From Betaproteobacteria bacterium (lineage in GTDB: Bacteria > Pseudomonadota > Gammaproteobacteria > Burkholderiales > Eutrophovitaceae), in NCBI GenBank assembly GCA_020354125.1, contig CP070643.1, positions 2,116,474-2,144,990 on the forward strand: a stretch of DNA of 28,517 nt, in the 5' to 3' direction. A program made the position numbers and the translations under genes. The notes under the pieces were generated by a model. The model made no database searches. It was not told the origin of the DNA and saw only the letters and a list, made by a program, of their open reading frames with translations. The stretch's first letter is position 1; each line of letters starts with the position of its first letter. Below, in pieces: positions 1 to 9,739 of the stretch.

Positions 1-605
1 ATAAGGGCATGACGATCGCGGGCGGCAAGCCAAGCAAGTTTCCGGAACTGGATCTGCTTAGCGAATATTCTGAGGGTGTTGCCGCCGAAGCCAATCGGCG
101 CATGGACGAGACGATAGGCACGGTTTCATTCATGGAAACCATTGTCGGCCCGGGGCAGGAGCCAGGACGGGAGGTGCCATTCCTCAACCATTCTGCCGGT
201 ACCAAAGCGGGGTGGGGAGGGCCGCATCCGTCGCACAGTGCCTATGAGGTTATTTTCTTCGACAACAGTGGTGAGGAGTTCAGGGGCAGTAACGGAACTT
301 ATACGGTGACGACGGAAGAACCACCGGTTAACGCATTTTGGTCCATCACCGTTTATGACACGGATCGCGGTGGGTTCCTGCATGCCAATGACGATAACCG
401 CTACCACATCAACAATACATTAGCGGTGCGCAATGATGATGGCACGATTACGTTCGTCTTCAAGCAAAACTGTGAGGCTTCGGACGTGAATTGCCTCGAA
501 GTGCCTGCAGGGAGGTTTGATTTGGTGACTCGATACTATCTGCCGCGCGAGGAGATTATCTCGGGCGAATGGACTTGGCCGAAGGTCGTTTTGCAGAAAG
601 ACTAG
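1..605 (+). CDS. DUF1214-domain protein, C-terminal portion (gene begins upstream of window)
   Basis: ORF is open to the window edge and ends at stop 603-605. The translation contains the ...VNAFWSITVYDTDRGGF... region I associate with the DUF1214 family. Antisense ORF 126..407 is judged spurious. Confidence 0.55.
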   Translation, partial: KGMTIAGGKPSKFPELDLLSEYSEGVAAEANRRMDETIGTVSFMETIVGPGQEPGREVPFLNHSAGTKAGWGGPHPSHSAYEVIFFDNSGEEFRGSNGTYTVTTEEPPVNAFWSITVYDTDRGGFLHANDDNRYHINNTLAVRNDDGTITFVFKQNCEASDVNCLEVPAGRFDLVTRYYLPREEIISGEWTWPKVVLQKD

Positions 606-902
606 ATATGTCAGGTCGGGTGTTGGCCGTAACGGGGGTTCTGGCGAGTCAAAATCAGTAAATCGGTGTCAGGCCTTCATGACTGTATCAGCATCAACGC
701 ATTCAGGTTCGATGCGAAACGCGGAGGGAACCGATGCTGCGACACGATCAGCGCTCAAGCCTGGATTAAATCAGAGTCTGCAGCAGGTAACGTTAACGTT
801 TGGTTACGTCGAGATGACAGATGCGACCACAATTGGGAGAGAATGGAGACTGTTCTAGGCTCTCATTGATTAATCGAAACGCGCCCGCGCGAAGGAGGAG
901 TC

Positions 903-1286
903 ATGACTGTCAGCGTTGTTCGTCTTGGCACAGACCGGGCACCGAATGAGGGGATCCGGATCGGAACTGTCCGACGTCCGCCGAGAGGCGTGCCCAAGTC
1001 CGAGTTTGCGTCGCGAAACTGGTACGACGTATGGTTTCCGAACCTTGCTCCCAGCGTTGAGACCATGAAGCTGGGACAGGCGGCCGAAACGCCAGCGCAG
1101 TGGTCGGCGTTCAAGAAGAAGTACCGGGCGGAGATGTCGCGGCCGGACGCCAGTCATGCGATCGAGCTTCTAGCGACCCTGTCACATCACGTTAACTTCT
1201 CCGTCGGGTGTTACTGCGAAGAAGAGGAGCGCTGCCATCGGTCGGTGTTACGTGCCTTGCTCAAGGAAAAGGGCGCAATGTTCTAA
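903..1286 (+). CDS. DUF488 family protein (YeaO-like)
   Basis: 127-aa ORF with GGAGGAG Shine-Dalgarno at 893-899, 4 nt before the ATG. The N-terminal pattern (V.RLGT...G.R.G.VRRPPRG) resembles YeaO/DUF488 small proteins. Confidence 0.6.
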   Translation: MTVSVVRLGTDRAPNEGIRIGTVRRPPRGVPKSEFASRNWYDVWFPNLAPSVETMKLGQAAETPAQWSAFKKKYRAEMSRPDASHAIELLATLSHHVNFSVGCYCEEEERCHRSVLRALLKEKGAMF

Positions 1287-1379
1287 CGAAGGGGAAAGAT
1301 CTGAGCGCGGCGATTTGCTACCGCAACTCCGGGATTAGTTGTTGCTATTATCGATTCAGTTGACTGAAGCTGGCGGTTG

Positions 1380-2900
1380 TCAGTCCGGCGTCGAAATCCA
1401 CTCAAAGGTGGCGCGCACGAAGTCGTCGCCACGACGAATCGCCTTTAATCCGCGCAGGTAGCGCGACGTATTGTCCTCCTGCAGTTCATAAACGCGGCCG
1501 GCTTTCCAGTGGTCGGGCTTGATCATCAGATTCGGTGGTTGCCCGCTATCCGACTCGTCAGCGAGGATCAACGTGTTTACTTCGCTCAGGCCGAACTGGC
1601 GGGAAGCGGCCTCGGTAAAAGCGTTGTCTGCGTGCTTGTCGAGGACTTCTCGCAGCGAGTGTGTCTGGGGCTGGTCGCTGAGCACGGCAATGTACGCTCG
1701 CATGCTGCCGTCTGACTCCGCGTGCATGCGGCGGATCAGTCCGACCCAGCGTTCGGTTTCGTTGATCGTCAGACCGACAACTGCACCGCACTTCGCCCAG
1801 CCGCGACTGGCGGGCGGCACCTCGGCAACGAGTTCATCGCCGCCTTCGCCGCGCAACTCCCAGACTTCCGGAGCCTGCGGCATCATGACTGAATCGGCGA
1901 GCAAAGACAGCTCGCCTGTGCCACTGGCCTCCGATACGTGCTGCCATACGTGGGCGTAGCCGTGGGCGACCAGAATTGATCCACTGGCGGCCGAGTGCTC
2001 GGGGGGCGCGTAAGGACAATCGGTACGCCAGAAGGCGAGAAGGTGTTGTACCGCGTTGGACTGCGCCAGTGATGACAGGTCCTTGCCGAAAGGCTTGAAA
2101 TCATCCGGCTTTCCGGCCGCAGCCTGCTTTGCCAGACGCTCGAGCGAGTCGTAACCGAGGCCGGGACCGAAGTAGCGCGCGTTCCCCGGCAGGTCGTCAC
2201 CCACTGCGCGTTTCGGCGCGTTGCTGCTCCCGGGCTCGTAGCAGAAAGGATTGTCAGTGACGCCGGGCTGGCGCAAAGTGAATTCGGCGCCCAACCGCTC
2301 GACGGCACGATCTACGACCTCGATCTGCTCCGCGTCCAACATGTCGGGCATGCTCACGTGCAGCATTAGCACTCGCAGCAGCTCTTGCTCGACGCTGGTC
2401 ATTGTGTGGTCGCCTGAATACGCCTGCACCGGCGTGGTCGAGAATCCGTTCTTCTCGGCGCTGGCGTGAATCGTGGACGTGATGTGCCACAACTTCTCGG
2501 GAACATCCGCATAGTGAAAGAGGTGAAGTTTGACCAGAGCGCGAACTGCGCGAAGCGCATGGGTAGCACTGTCCGCTGTCAACGCACCTGCGGCTACCGT
2601 ACACAGGACCTGTGTCAGACGCGTTTGGTAATTGGCGAGCGACTTCCACAGGGCTTCGTGCGCGGTATAGCTTGCCGATGAGTCGTCCAGATATTGCGCG
2701 AGCAGCGCGGAAAAGTGTGGCACGCCCGCTTCCTGGACTTTGCCAGTGGCGTCGATGCGCTCTTTTGGATCCTCGGTATCTGCTGCTGACTGCAGATGCG
2801 CGACCAAATCGTTGAGCGCTGTGGTCGCGTCAGAGGAGACTGCAACGGCGTCTGTCATCGCATGCACCCTCGCGACAGTGCGTAGTTGACCGGAAATCAA
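1380..2900 (-). CDS. hypothetical protein (506 aa), function not recognised
   Basis: Long uninterrupted minus-strand ORF with coding-like composition, divergent from the SDR gene. No motif I can assign with confidence. Internal ORFs on both strands are treated as GC-rich noise. Confidence 0.55.
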   Translation of the reverse strand: MISGQLRTVARVHAMTDAVAVSSDATTALNDLVAHLQSAADTEDPKERIDATGKVQEAGVPHFSALLAQYLDDSSASYTAHEALWKSLANYQTRLTQVLCTVAAGALTADSATHALRAVRALVKLHLFHYADVPEKLWHITSTIHASAEKNGFSTTPVQAYSGDHTMTSVEQELLRVLMLHVSMPDMLDAEQIEVVDRAVERLGAEFTLRQPGVTDNPFCYEPGSSNAPKRAVGDDLPGNARYFGPGLGYDSLERLAKQAAAGKPDDFKPFGKDLSSLAQSNAVQHLLAFWRTDCPYAPPEHSAASGSILVAHGYAHVWQHVSEASGTGELSLLADSVMMPQAPEVWELRGEGGDELVAEVPPASRGWAKCGAVVGLTINETERWVGLIRRMHAESDGSMRAYIAVLSDQPQTHSLREVLDKHADNAFTEAASRQFGLSEVNTLILADESDSGQPPNLMIKPDHWKAGRVYELQEDNTSRYLRGLKAIRRGDDFVRATFEWISTPD

Positions 2901-3049
2901 GCAATTGCAATGCCTTTTCTACCTCGCGCTGCAGCAATTACTCGCAGATAACCGCATGAATTCATTGGGTATTGGAAACCGCGTTCGGCCAGCAAGCTGG
3001 TCCAACCTGATCGCGAGTAGAATCCGACCCGGTGAGGAGATAACAGTCA

Positions 3050-4063
3050 ATGAGCGAAACCAAAACGATTTGCGTGGCCGGCGCGAGCGGCCTGGTTGGC
3101 TCGCATATCGTACGAGCAGCACTTGGGAAGGGCTACGTTGTCCACGGAACGATGCGTAAGCTGGATGCACCCGCAAGGGTTTCGTTTCTAAATGGGTTGC
3201 CCAATGCGTCAACGCACTTGAAGTTGTTCAAGGCCGATATGGCGGAACCGGGTAGTTTTGATGAGGCGCTGGCCGGTGTAGACGGCGTTTTCATTGCCTG
3301 TTTGACGCCAACCTATGCAGGGCCTTCCGGAAAGCCGGCGCGCGAGATGGAAGACGAGCAGGGTTACGCTGAGATCATCATGCCGACTGTCGATGGTTGT
3401 CTGAACATCATGCGCTCGGCAGTACGCCAGGGGGTGAAGAAGATTGTCATCTGCAGCAGCACCAGCAGCACGAATCCGGTTCCTCCGGTACCTGTGAAGA
3501 ACGAGGTCGACCATTGGTCGGACGAGAAGGAGCAGTGCCGGGCAAAAAAATATACGTCCGCCGCGAAAACCGTGATGGAAAAGGCGGCGATCAAATTCGC
3601 CGAGGAGAACGGCGTGCGTCTGTGCATTATCATGCCGACCGGTTTGTATGGACCCGCGATACTTCCGGAGCACATGAAGCACAATCCGTATGCCTGGTTA
3701 CAACGCGTGATCAACGGCGGAGAAGGACGGCACGGCAAAGTGCCGAACGATTCCACTTCGATGATTCACCTGCACGATCTGGCCGCGCTTTTTCTGGCGG
3801 CATACGAGAATCCCAACGCGTCAGGACGCTATTACGGCGTATACGACAGTTGGCACTGGCAGGACATTTACGCGGAGCTTCAAAAGCTGTTGCCGAACAT
3901 GAAAGTGCCCGAAGCGCTCACTGAACCCCCTAAGCCGCCAACCGGATTCGATTTCACGCGAAGGGACGGCCTCGGCGTACCGATTCGCGATATCCCGACG
4001 ATACTTCAGCAAACGGTCGATTGGATAAAGACCGAACCTTTCAAGGGCGAGCGGCGGGCCTGA
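3050..4063 (+). CDS. NAD(P)-dependent epimerase/dehydratase family (extended SDR) oxidoreductase, cinnamoyl-CoA/aldehyde reductase-like
   Basis: N-terminal Rossmann motif CVAGASGLVGSHIV, about 337 aa, catalytic Tyr/Lys region KKYTSAAK. GAGGAGA Shine-Dalgarno sits 6 nt upstream of the ATG at 3050. Confidence 0.8.
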   Translation: MSETKTICVAGASGLVGSHIVRAALGKGYVVHGTMRKLDAPARVSFLNGLPNASTHLKLFKADMAEPGSFDEALAGVDGVFIACLTPTYAGPSGKPAREMEDEQGYAEIIMPTVDGCLNIMRSAVRQGVKKIVICSSTSSTNPVPPVPVKNEVDHWSDEKEQCRAKKYTSAAKTVMEKAAIKFAEENGVRLCIIMPTGLYGPAILPEHMKHNPYAWLQRVINGGEGRHGKVPNDSTSMIHLHDLAALFLAAYENPNASGRYYGVYDSWHWQDIYAELQKLLPNMKVPEALTEPPKPPTGFDFTRRDGLGVPIRDIPTILQQTVDWIKTEPFKGERRA

Positions 4064-4117
4064 CGCGGCCCGCGCTCATCTTAGCTGCTGGATACTCGGA
4101 GTGTTGGGCTGACCTCG

Positions 4118-4975
4118 TCACTCCGGCGTTGCACCGAGCTGGAACAGCGCATCGAACAACGGCGGCCGCTGCGCTGCGAACTGGCCCATCCATTTCTCGA
4201 AAATCTGCAGAATTTGTTCGTTGCGGTAGAGATTCGCGATCGCGCGGTCCGCAGCAAGGCGAAAATCCGCATCGTTGCGCCTGACAGCGAGCGCGAAAGG
4301 TTCGTAAGAAAATACTCCGGAGGCAATTGCAAATCGGTCTGGATCGCCCGATGACAGGGCCAGCCCGATCAGCACCACCTGATCAGCCGAGAACGCGTCG
4401 ATGTTACCCTGGAGCATCTCGCGGACCCCTTCCCGGGCCGAGGCCACTTCGACGATTGTGGCATCGGTTTGAGTCCGTTCTACGATTGCGCGTAGTGCTT
4501 CAACAGTCGTGGTACCCGACACGACGCCGACTTTCTTGCCATTCAGACTTGGAAAATCGAGCAGGCTCGTGCTTTTCATTGACATCAACGACGCGCCAGT
4601 AACAAAAGTAAGCTCGGTGAAGTCGACAACCTCCCGCCTGCCAAGTGTCTTGGTGGTGGAGCCGCACAGAATATCGATCTTGTTTTCGTTTAGCGAGCTG
4701 AAGCGATTTTCGGCGGTCACCGGCACGTAGGTGACTTTCAGATCGGTGCCTAGTGTGGTCTGCAGTTCCGCAACGATTGCACTGCAAATATCGATCGAAT
4801 AGCCCACCGGGTTTCCGCTTTGCCCGACGAACGACATTGGTGGCTCAACCTCACGAAATCCGATTCTGATCTCTCCGGAATCCTTGATTTGTTGCAATGT
4901 GCCCTGCATTTGCTGGGCAGCCAGGGGCGAGACGAAAACCGCTGCGAAAAGGAATGCAGCCAGTACAGATCTCAT
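4118..4975 (-). CDS. ABC transporter periplasmic substrate-binding protein (family 3, polar amino acid type)
   Basis: Sec signal peptide (MRSVLAAFLFAAVFVSPLAAQQ) followed by a typical SBP_bac_3-like sequence. AGGGAGGAAACAATAATG Shine-Dalgarno plus start lie on the minus strand. Confidence 0.85.
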   Translation of the reverse strand: MRSVLAAFLFAAVFVSPLAAQQMQGTLQQIKDSGEIRIGFREVEPPMSFVGQSGNPVGYSIDICSAIVAELQTTLGTDLKVTYVPVTAENRFSSLNENKIDILCGSTTKTLGRREVVDFTELTFVTGASLMSMKSTSLLDFPSLNGKKVGVVSGTTTVEALRAIVERTQTDATIVEVASAREGVREMLQGNIDAFSADQVVLIGLALSSGDPDRFAIASGVFSYEPFALAVRRNDADFRLAADRAIANLYRNEQILQIFEKWMGQFAAQRPPLFDALFQLGATPE

Positions 4976-5058
4976 TATTGTTTCCTCCCTTGTTTGGGTT
5001 CTTGGCGTCGGGTCATACTTATCGAGGACCGCACTGTACCCTAGATTGCGATCGCCGG

Positions 5059-5874
5059 TCAGGTTGCCGGGTTGGCGAGCGTTGAGATCGATTCGGCGAT
5101 ATCACGATCCGCGTTACGGGAGATGATCTCAAGCATCGGAGGTCGCTCAAGATCGAGCGTTTTGATCTTTGCGGTTACAGCTGCAAAATCGACGTCGCCC
5201 AATCCCACGGCATCGTGCCGATAAACTTTTTGCCCAGTATCGGAGAGGTGCACCAACTTAAGCCGTGGCCGCACGCGGTCAAAGCCTGCGACCGGATCCT
5301 CATCAATGAAATGGGCGTTTGCCACGTCGTAGCAGACACCAATACTGTCGGCGCCGTAACGATCGAGGGATGCCATCAACCCTTCGGCGTCCGGCAGAAA
5401 AGCGAACGGCATGTTTTCGGCCCAGAGTTCGACCTCGCCACGTTCGGCGGTTGGCAACAGTGTGTCCAGGGCACGGAAGAAATGTCCTTCCATTACATCC
5501 TGAGGAAGCGAAAACAGCGGATTGGGTTTTCCGGGACCAAGAATCAACCCCTTGGCGTTCAACTCAGCCGCCACTCGAAGGTACTCGACGTTCAATTTGA
5601 TACTGTAATCGCGCATCTCGCTGGTGGCCGCAGCGATGTTGAGATCAACATTCGGACCGTTGACCGACACCAGGGTTACGTCGCATTGTTCGATTACGCG
5701 GCGTAACTCGCGCAGTGTCTCCTCGCTGTCGGTAATCCAGAGATGTCCCGGAAAGAACATCAACTCGACGGCTCTGACGCCGCGTTCGGCCAGTGCGCGC
5801 ACGCAATCGGCAGCCGACATCGATTGCGTGTAAGAGTAGGTGTTGATTCCGAACTGATTGCCCCAGTGACTCAT
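5059..5874 (-). CDS. sugar phosphate isomerase/epimerase (xylose-isomerase-like TIM barrel)
   Basis: 271-aa ORF with AP-endonuclease-2/xylose isomerase-like TIM barrel features (VELMFFPGHLW, VHLSD.. motifs). It sits 34 nt downstream of the hydratase gene, so operon arrangement is likely. Confidence 0.75.
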   Translation of the reverse strand: MSHWGNQFGINTYSYTQSMSAADCVRALAERGVRAVELMFFPGHLWITDSEETLRELRRVIEQCDVTLVSVNGPNVDLNIAAATSEMRDYSIKLNVEYLRVAAELNAKGLILGPGKPNPLFSLPQDVMEGHFFRALDTLLPTAERGEVELWAENMPFAFLPDAEGLMASLDRYGADSIGVCYDVANAHFIDEDPVAGFDRVRPRLKLVHLSDTGQKVYRHDAVGLGDVDFAAVTAKIKTLDLERPPMLEIISRNADRDIAESISTLANPAT

Positions 5875-5907
5875 AAGCTCTTGTCCATGAAGAGTGAAAA
5901 GGATGGA

Positions 5908-6732
5908 TTAACGTCCTTGAAAAACCGGTTCGCGCTTCTCGACAAACGCCTTGGTTGCATTGCGGTGATCCTCAGTTAGCCCGCAATGAATGTGGTGCGT
6001 TGCCTCGAGATCGAGGCAGTCAAACACGTCGCCTGAAGAAATCGCCCGATTGAAGTTCTCTTTCATGTAGCGATAGGCAACTGCCGGGCCTTTCGCTAAC
6101 CTGCCCGCGATTTCCTGAGTTTTTCCAGCTAACTCTCCCGGTTCGCAGATCCAATTGGTCAGGCCAAGGCGCAGCGCTTCTTCGGCGCTCACCCTTTCGG
6201 AAAGGAAATAAAGTTCGCGCGCCTTTGCTGTACCGACAAGCTGCGACAGGAAGAACGTGCCCCCATAATCACCTGAGAATCCGACCCGGCCAAACGCGGT
6301 AGTCATGATGGCATTCGACGCCATGATGCGAAGATCGCAGGCCAATGCCAGTGATAGCCCCGCGCCTGCGGCGGCGCCGGGGAGTGCGGCAACCGTTGGC
6401 TTGGGCATGCTGTAGAGTTTTCCGGCAGTGGCGCGCTGATTGATTCGTTGTCGATGAATCGCCACGTCTATGGTGTTTTCACCAACGGTGCCATCGCCAC
6501 GCGCCGCCATTCCTTTGACATCGCCGCCGGCGCAAAAACCTTTTCCCGCTCCTGTGAGCACAATGCAGCGGACCTGTGTATCGAGCTCGGCTTTCGCCAA
6601 TTGCTCGCCTAGCGCGACGTTCATTTCCATAGACATCGCGTTGCGCGCCTCCGGCCGGTTCATGGTGAGTGTGAGTATGCCGTCGTCGAGATCGGCCAAC
6701 AGGTCTTCGGTACCGGTTTCGATTTTAGCCAT
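5908..6732 (-). CDS. enoyl-CoA hydratase/isomerase (crotonase family)
   Basis: Crotonase signature region LTMNRPEARNAM...VLTGAGKGFCAGGDVKG. Start is placed at the ATG (MAKIETG) 7 nt after GGAGGA rather than the upstream in-frame ATG at 6747. Confidence 0.85.
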   Translation of the reverse strand: MAKIETGTEDLLADLDDGILTLTMNRPEARNAMSMEMNVALGEQLAKAELDTQVRCIVLTGAGKGFCAGGDVKGMAARGDGTVGENTIDVAIHRQRINQRATAGKLYSMPKPTVAALPGAAAGAGLSLALACDLRIMASNAIMTTAFGRVGFSGDYGGTFFLSQLVGTAKARELYFLSERVSAEEALRLGLTNWICEPGELAGKTQEIAGRLAKGPAVAYRYMKENFNRAISSGDVFDCLDLEATHHIHCGLTEDHRNATKAFVEKREPVFQGR

Positions 6733-7053
6733 CGTAATTTCCTCCACAATGGTTCTTTAAGTGATCGAGTTTATTATGAATTTCGAGATCAACGATTTCG
6801 CAAGACGCGACACGATTGTGTTGGTCGGCTCATGCGCGCTGGTTTTCCAATTTGTGCGGCTGACGTAATCGGCAATCGGCTGCTGTTCGTCCGCGAGACG
6901 CCCATACGAGCGATTCCGCGGCCGCATTAGGGCCCTGCGAACACGACATAACTGTCCTTACTGTCCTTGTGATAAAAAACAGGGTAACTTGTTTCAAACG
7001 TTGTTGGGTAAACAAACGCGTATGCCCGCAAGTCACAAGTCTTTCTGGAGAGC

Positions 7054-8388
7054 GTGATGGCTGAGCAACCTGCCCCGGGTCCCTTTGGCGGCCTGCTGAG
7101 AGCCGCATCAAAAGTCGAGCCCGATGAGTTCAAAGCCACGGCGGCTTCATTCCTTTTGGTATTGATCCTGATGGCCGCATATTACATTTTGCGGCCGGTG
7201 CGGGATGCGTTGGCCAGCGACTGGACTGATGCCGAGGTCAGTTTGTTATGGACGATCAATTTCTTTTTCAGTTTCGCAGTGGTGGCCTTGTACGGCGCGT
7301 CGGCCTCCAGAATGTCGGTCAGGAAACTGGTGCCGGCCGTCTACGGTTTCTTTGCAGCGACTTTTGTTGCCTTTTACCTGGGCTCGCTATTCATCGAAGA
7401 CGGCGTGCTGATCGACAAGGCATTTTATGTCTGGGTCAGTGTTTTCAGTCTGTTTCCGATTTCGGTGTTCTGGAGTTTTATGTCTGACTTGCACACCCGC
7501 GAACAGTCCAAGCGGTTGTTTGGTGTGATTACGACGGGTGCCAGTGTGGGCGCCATCATCGGCCCTTCTATCCCTTTGGTGTTCTCCGGATTGGGTACCT
7601 ATAACCTGACGCTCGTGGCGAGCGGGGTGTTGATCATCACCTTGCCGATCATCTTCTATCTACAGGGCATCACCAGAGGCAACGCGCACTACGCCAACTA
7701 TGGAGCTCAGATGCAACAAGCGCCAACACTGGGCGGCAATCCCTTAGCCGGCTTCAAGTTGTTTCTGCAAAATCGTTTTTTGCTCGGCATTGGTCTGTTT
7801 TTGTTTCTCTATACGGGGATCGGTTCGTTTGTGTACCTGGAACTCAAGAACCTGATGGCAGATTTCGGTCGGGCCGAGCGCACCGAAATCTGGGCTTTCA
7901 TGGATCTCGCGACTAACACGCTGACGATACTGTCCGGACTTTTCATTACCTCTCGTCTGGCCACGCGTTTCGGTTTGGGATGGACGCTGGCTTTGTTGCC
8001 GATCGTGGTGGCAGGTGGTCTGTTGTCGGTGGCGATGGTTCCGGTACTTTCGATTGTGGTTGGGTTGCAGATATTTCGGCGGGCAGGCAATTACGGCATT
8101 ACCCGTCCTGCACGCGAGATGTTGTTCACCTACGTTGATCAGGAAACCCGGTTCAAGGCAAAACCGGTCATCGATGTGGTGGTATATCGAGGTGGTGACG
8201 TGTTCTGGGGATGGGCGTTTACCGGTCTGACCCAGGTGCTGGGATTGGGAATGGCGGCGGTGGCTGCCGTGGGCGCCGGCATTGCATCTGTCTGGGCATT
8301 TGTCGGACTCTACATAGGGCGTCGTGCCGAGACTGGCGGCGGCAAGCAGAGTCCAACGGATGGGGTACCGGAGAAAACGCCCGCGTAA
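7054..8388 (+). CDS. TLC (ATP/ADP translocase-like) / MFS-type membrane transporter
   Basis: 444-aa polytopic membrane protein. The N-terminal motif YYILRPVRDALAS resembles the ILRDTKD motif of NTT/TLC carriers. About 12 hydrophobic segments by eye. Confidence 0.55.
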   Translation: MMAEQPAPGPFGGLLRAASKVEPDEFKATAASFLLVLILMAAYYILRPVRDALASDWTDAEVSLLWTINFFFSFAVVALYGASASRMSVRKLVPAVYGFFAATFVAFYLGSLFIEDGVLIDKAFYVWVSVFSLFPISVFWSFMSDLHTREQSKRLFGVITTGASVGAIIGPSIPLVFSGLGTYNLTLVASGVLIITLPIIFYLQGITRGNAHYANYGAQMQQAPTLGGNPLAGFKLFLQNRFLLGIGLFLFLYTGIGSFVYLELKNLMADFGRAERTEIWAFMDLATNTLTILSGLFITSRLATRFGLGWTLALLPIVVAGGLLSVAMVPVLSIVVGLQIFRRAGNYGITRPAREMLFTYVDQETRFKAKPVIDVVVYRGGDVFWGWAFTGLTQVLGLGMAAVAAVGAGIASVWAFVGLYIGRRAETGGGKQSPTDGVPEKTPA

Positions 8389-8490
8389 TAGCAGTTTGTT
8401 GGAAAAGCTACTGCGCCAGTACGTAGCAATCGAACGCTTGCGGCGTCACGTGCTCGCTACGCTTAGCTCAACAACCGTTGACGCTGTTCG

Positions 8491-9621
8491 CTAATAACCT
8501 CGCGTGAGGTCCACCAAATTAATCATCTTGTCGCCATTGACGTAACGGCGAAAATTCTCTTCGACTAGCGTCCAGACGCGATCACCGATTTTTTCCGATC
8601 GAAATGCGACGTGCGGCGTGATGATGACGCGAGGTTGTGTCCATAGCGGGTGATCTGCGGGCAGCGGTTCGGGGTCAGTGACGTCAAGGCCGGCGCCACC
8701 GAGCTCGCCGTTCCTGAGTGCGGCTAACAGGTCATCCTGATTGGTGCTCTTGCCGCGGCCGACGCTGATGAAGTAGGCATGGGGTTGCATCGCCTTGAAG
8801 AATTCGGCGTTGAACATGCCGCTCGTTTTGTCGGTCAGAGGTGCGGTGTTGATAACCACGTCGGCTTGCCTGGTTAACTCGAGTAGCTCGTGGGACAAGC
8901 CGACATAACTCACGTAGTCGGGACCTTCGCGGCGGCTGTTACGGGTGGCGATGACGCGCATGCCCAACCCATGGGCGCGGCGCGCAGTTTCCCTTCCAAT
9001 GCCACCGAGTCCCACGACAAGTACGGTACGACCTTCGAGCTCCCAGAACTGATCGGCGTACAGACCTCTCGCCCATTCCTGCGTTTGCTGTTTGGCAATG
9101 AATCCGTCGAAGCCCCGATTCAAGGCCATCATCAGCGCGATGGCGTGTTCGGCGATTTCAGGACCGGACAGTCTCTTGACGTTTGTAATAACAGTGTCTT
9201 GGCGATGCATCACTTCCGATGCGGCACAGTTTTCAACTCCGACCGCCATCGACATCATCCACCGTAGTTGATGGTCACTGTTTACGCCGGGAGGAATGCA
9301 ATAACCGATGAATACATCGGCATCTTTCAGCGCTGCCGGTAGTGCGTCGGCACTGGCGACTGCTTCAAAGTTAATAGACGGGTAGGCAGCTCTTATTTCT
9401 GGAATCCCGCTTTCGGTCACAGCGTTCTGCCAAACGACAACCTTCTGCGGCACTCTCCAGTTGGCCATTTCACGAGCGGGTTGACGCGACTCGCGCAAAC
9501 CAAACCTTTCGAGCAAGGCTTGCGCTTCGGCGGTCTGGGCAGCTGCCGGTATTGCGGCAACTCCAAGCAGTAAACTTAGCAGAGCACTGGCAAAGCATGC
9601 GAAGCGAATCGAATATGCCAT
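8491..9621 (-). CDS. D-isomer-specific 2-hydroxyacid dehydrogenase family protein, with predicted N-terminal Sec signal peptide
   Basis: NAD-binding VLVVGLGGIGRETARRAHGLGMRVIA and the catalytic-domain layout of 2-HADH enzymes. Start at 9621 is preceded by AAAGGA 8 nt upstream and encodes MAYSIRFACFASALLSLLLGVAAIPAAAQTAEA (n/h/c regions, AxA site). An internal alternative start (MANW.., 9468) lacks a Shine-Dalgarno. Confidence 0.75.
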   Translation of the reverse strand: MAYSIRFACFASALLSLLLGVAAIPAAAQTAEAQALLERFGLRESRQPAREMANWRVPQKVVVWQNAVTESGIPEIRAAYPSINFEAVASADALPAALKDADVFIGYCIPPGVNSDHQLRWMMSMAVGVENCAASEVMHRQDTVITNVKRLSGPEIAEHAIALMMALNRGFDGFIAKQQTQEWARGLYADQFWELEGRTVLVVGLGGIGRETARRAHGLGMRVIATRNSRREGPDYVSYVGLSHELLELTRQADVVINTAPLTDKTSGMFNAEFFKAMQPHAYFISVGRGKSTNQDDLLAALRNGELGGAGLDVTDPEPLPADHPLWTQPRVIITPHVAFRSEKIGDRVWTLVEENFRRYVNGDKMINLVDLTRGY

Positions 9622-9739
9622 GGCGCGATCCTTTTAGTTGTTCGTCGCGATCACTGTTGCTGTGATCAGTCTCCTGAAAGTCAGTATAGCTTACCGTTGA
9701 CTGATGACAGGGACCCGCTGGGACATCGATTGCGCTACC

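Noticed and set aside
788-799. Perfect palindrome AACGTTAACGTT in the 300-bp intergenic region upstream of the DUF488 gene
   Set aside because: A short AT-rich palindrome can arise by chance. There is no second copy or obvious regulator gene adjacent, so I noted it only.
1509-2681. Multiple 60-146 aa ORFs on both strands inside the 1380..2900 gene (e.g. 1519..1959 +, 1883..2308 -, 2254..2649 -)
   Set aside because: They overlap a much longer ORF of better coding character. Arg/Ser/Pro-rich translations like these are typical GC-rich antisense or out-of-frame artefacts.
3209-3924. ORFs 3209..3682 (-), 3364..3756 (-), 3397..3924 (+) overlapping the SDR gene
   Set aside because: They sit entirely within a well-supported Rossmann-fold gene on the other strand or frame. 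Their low-complexity Arg-rich products mark them as spurious.
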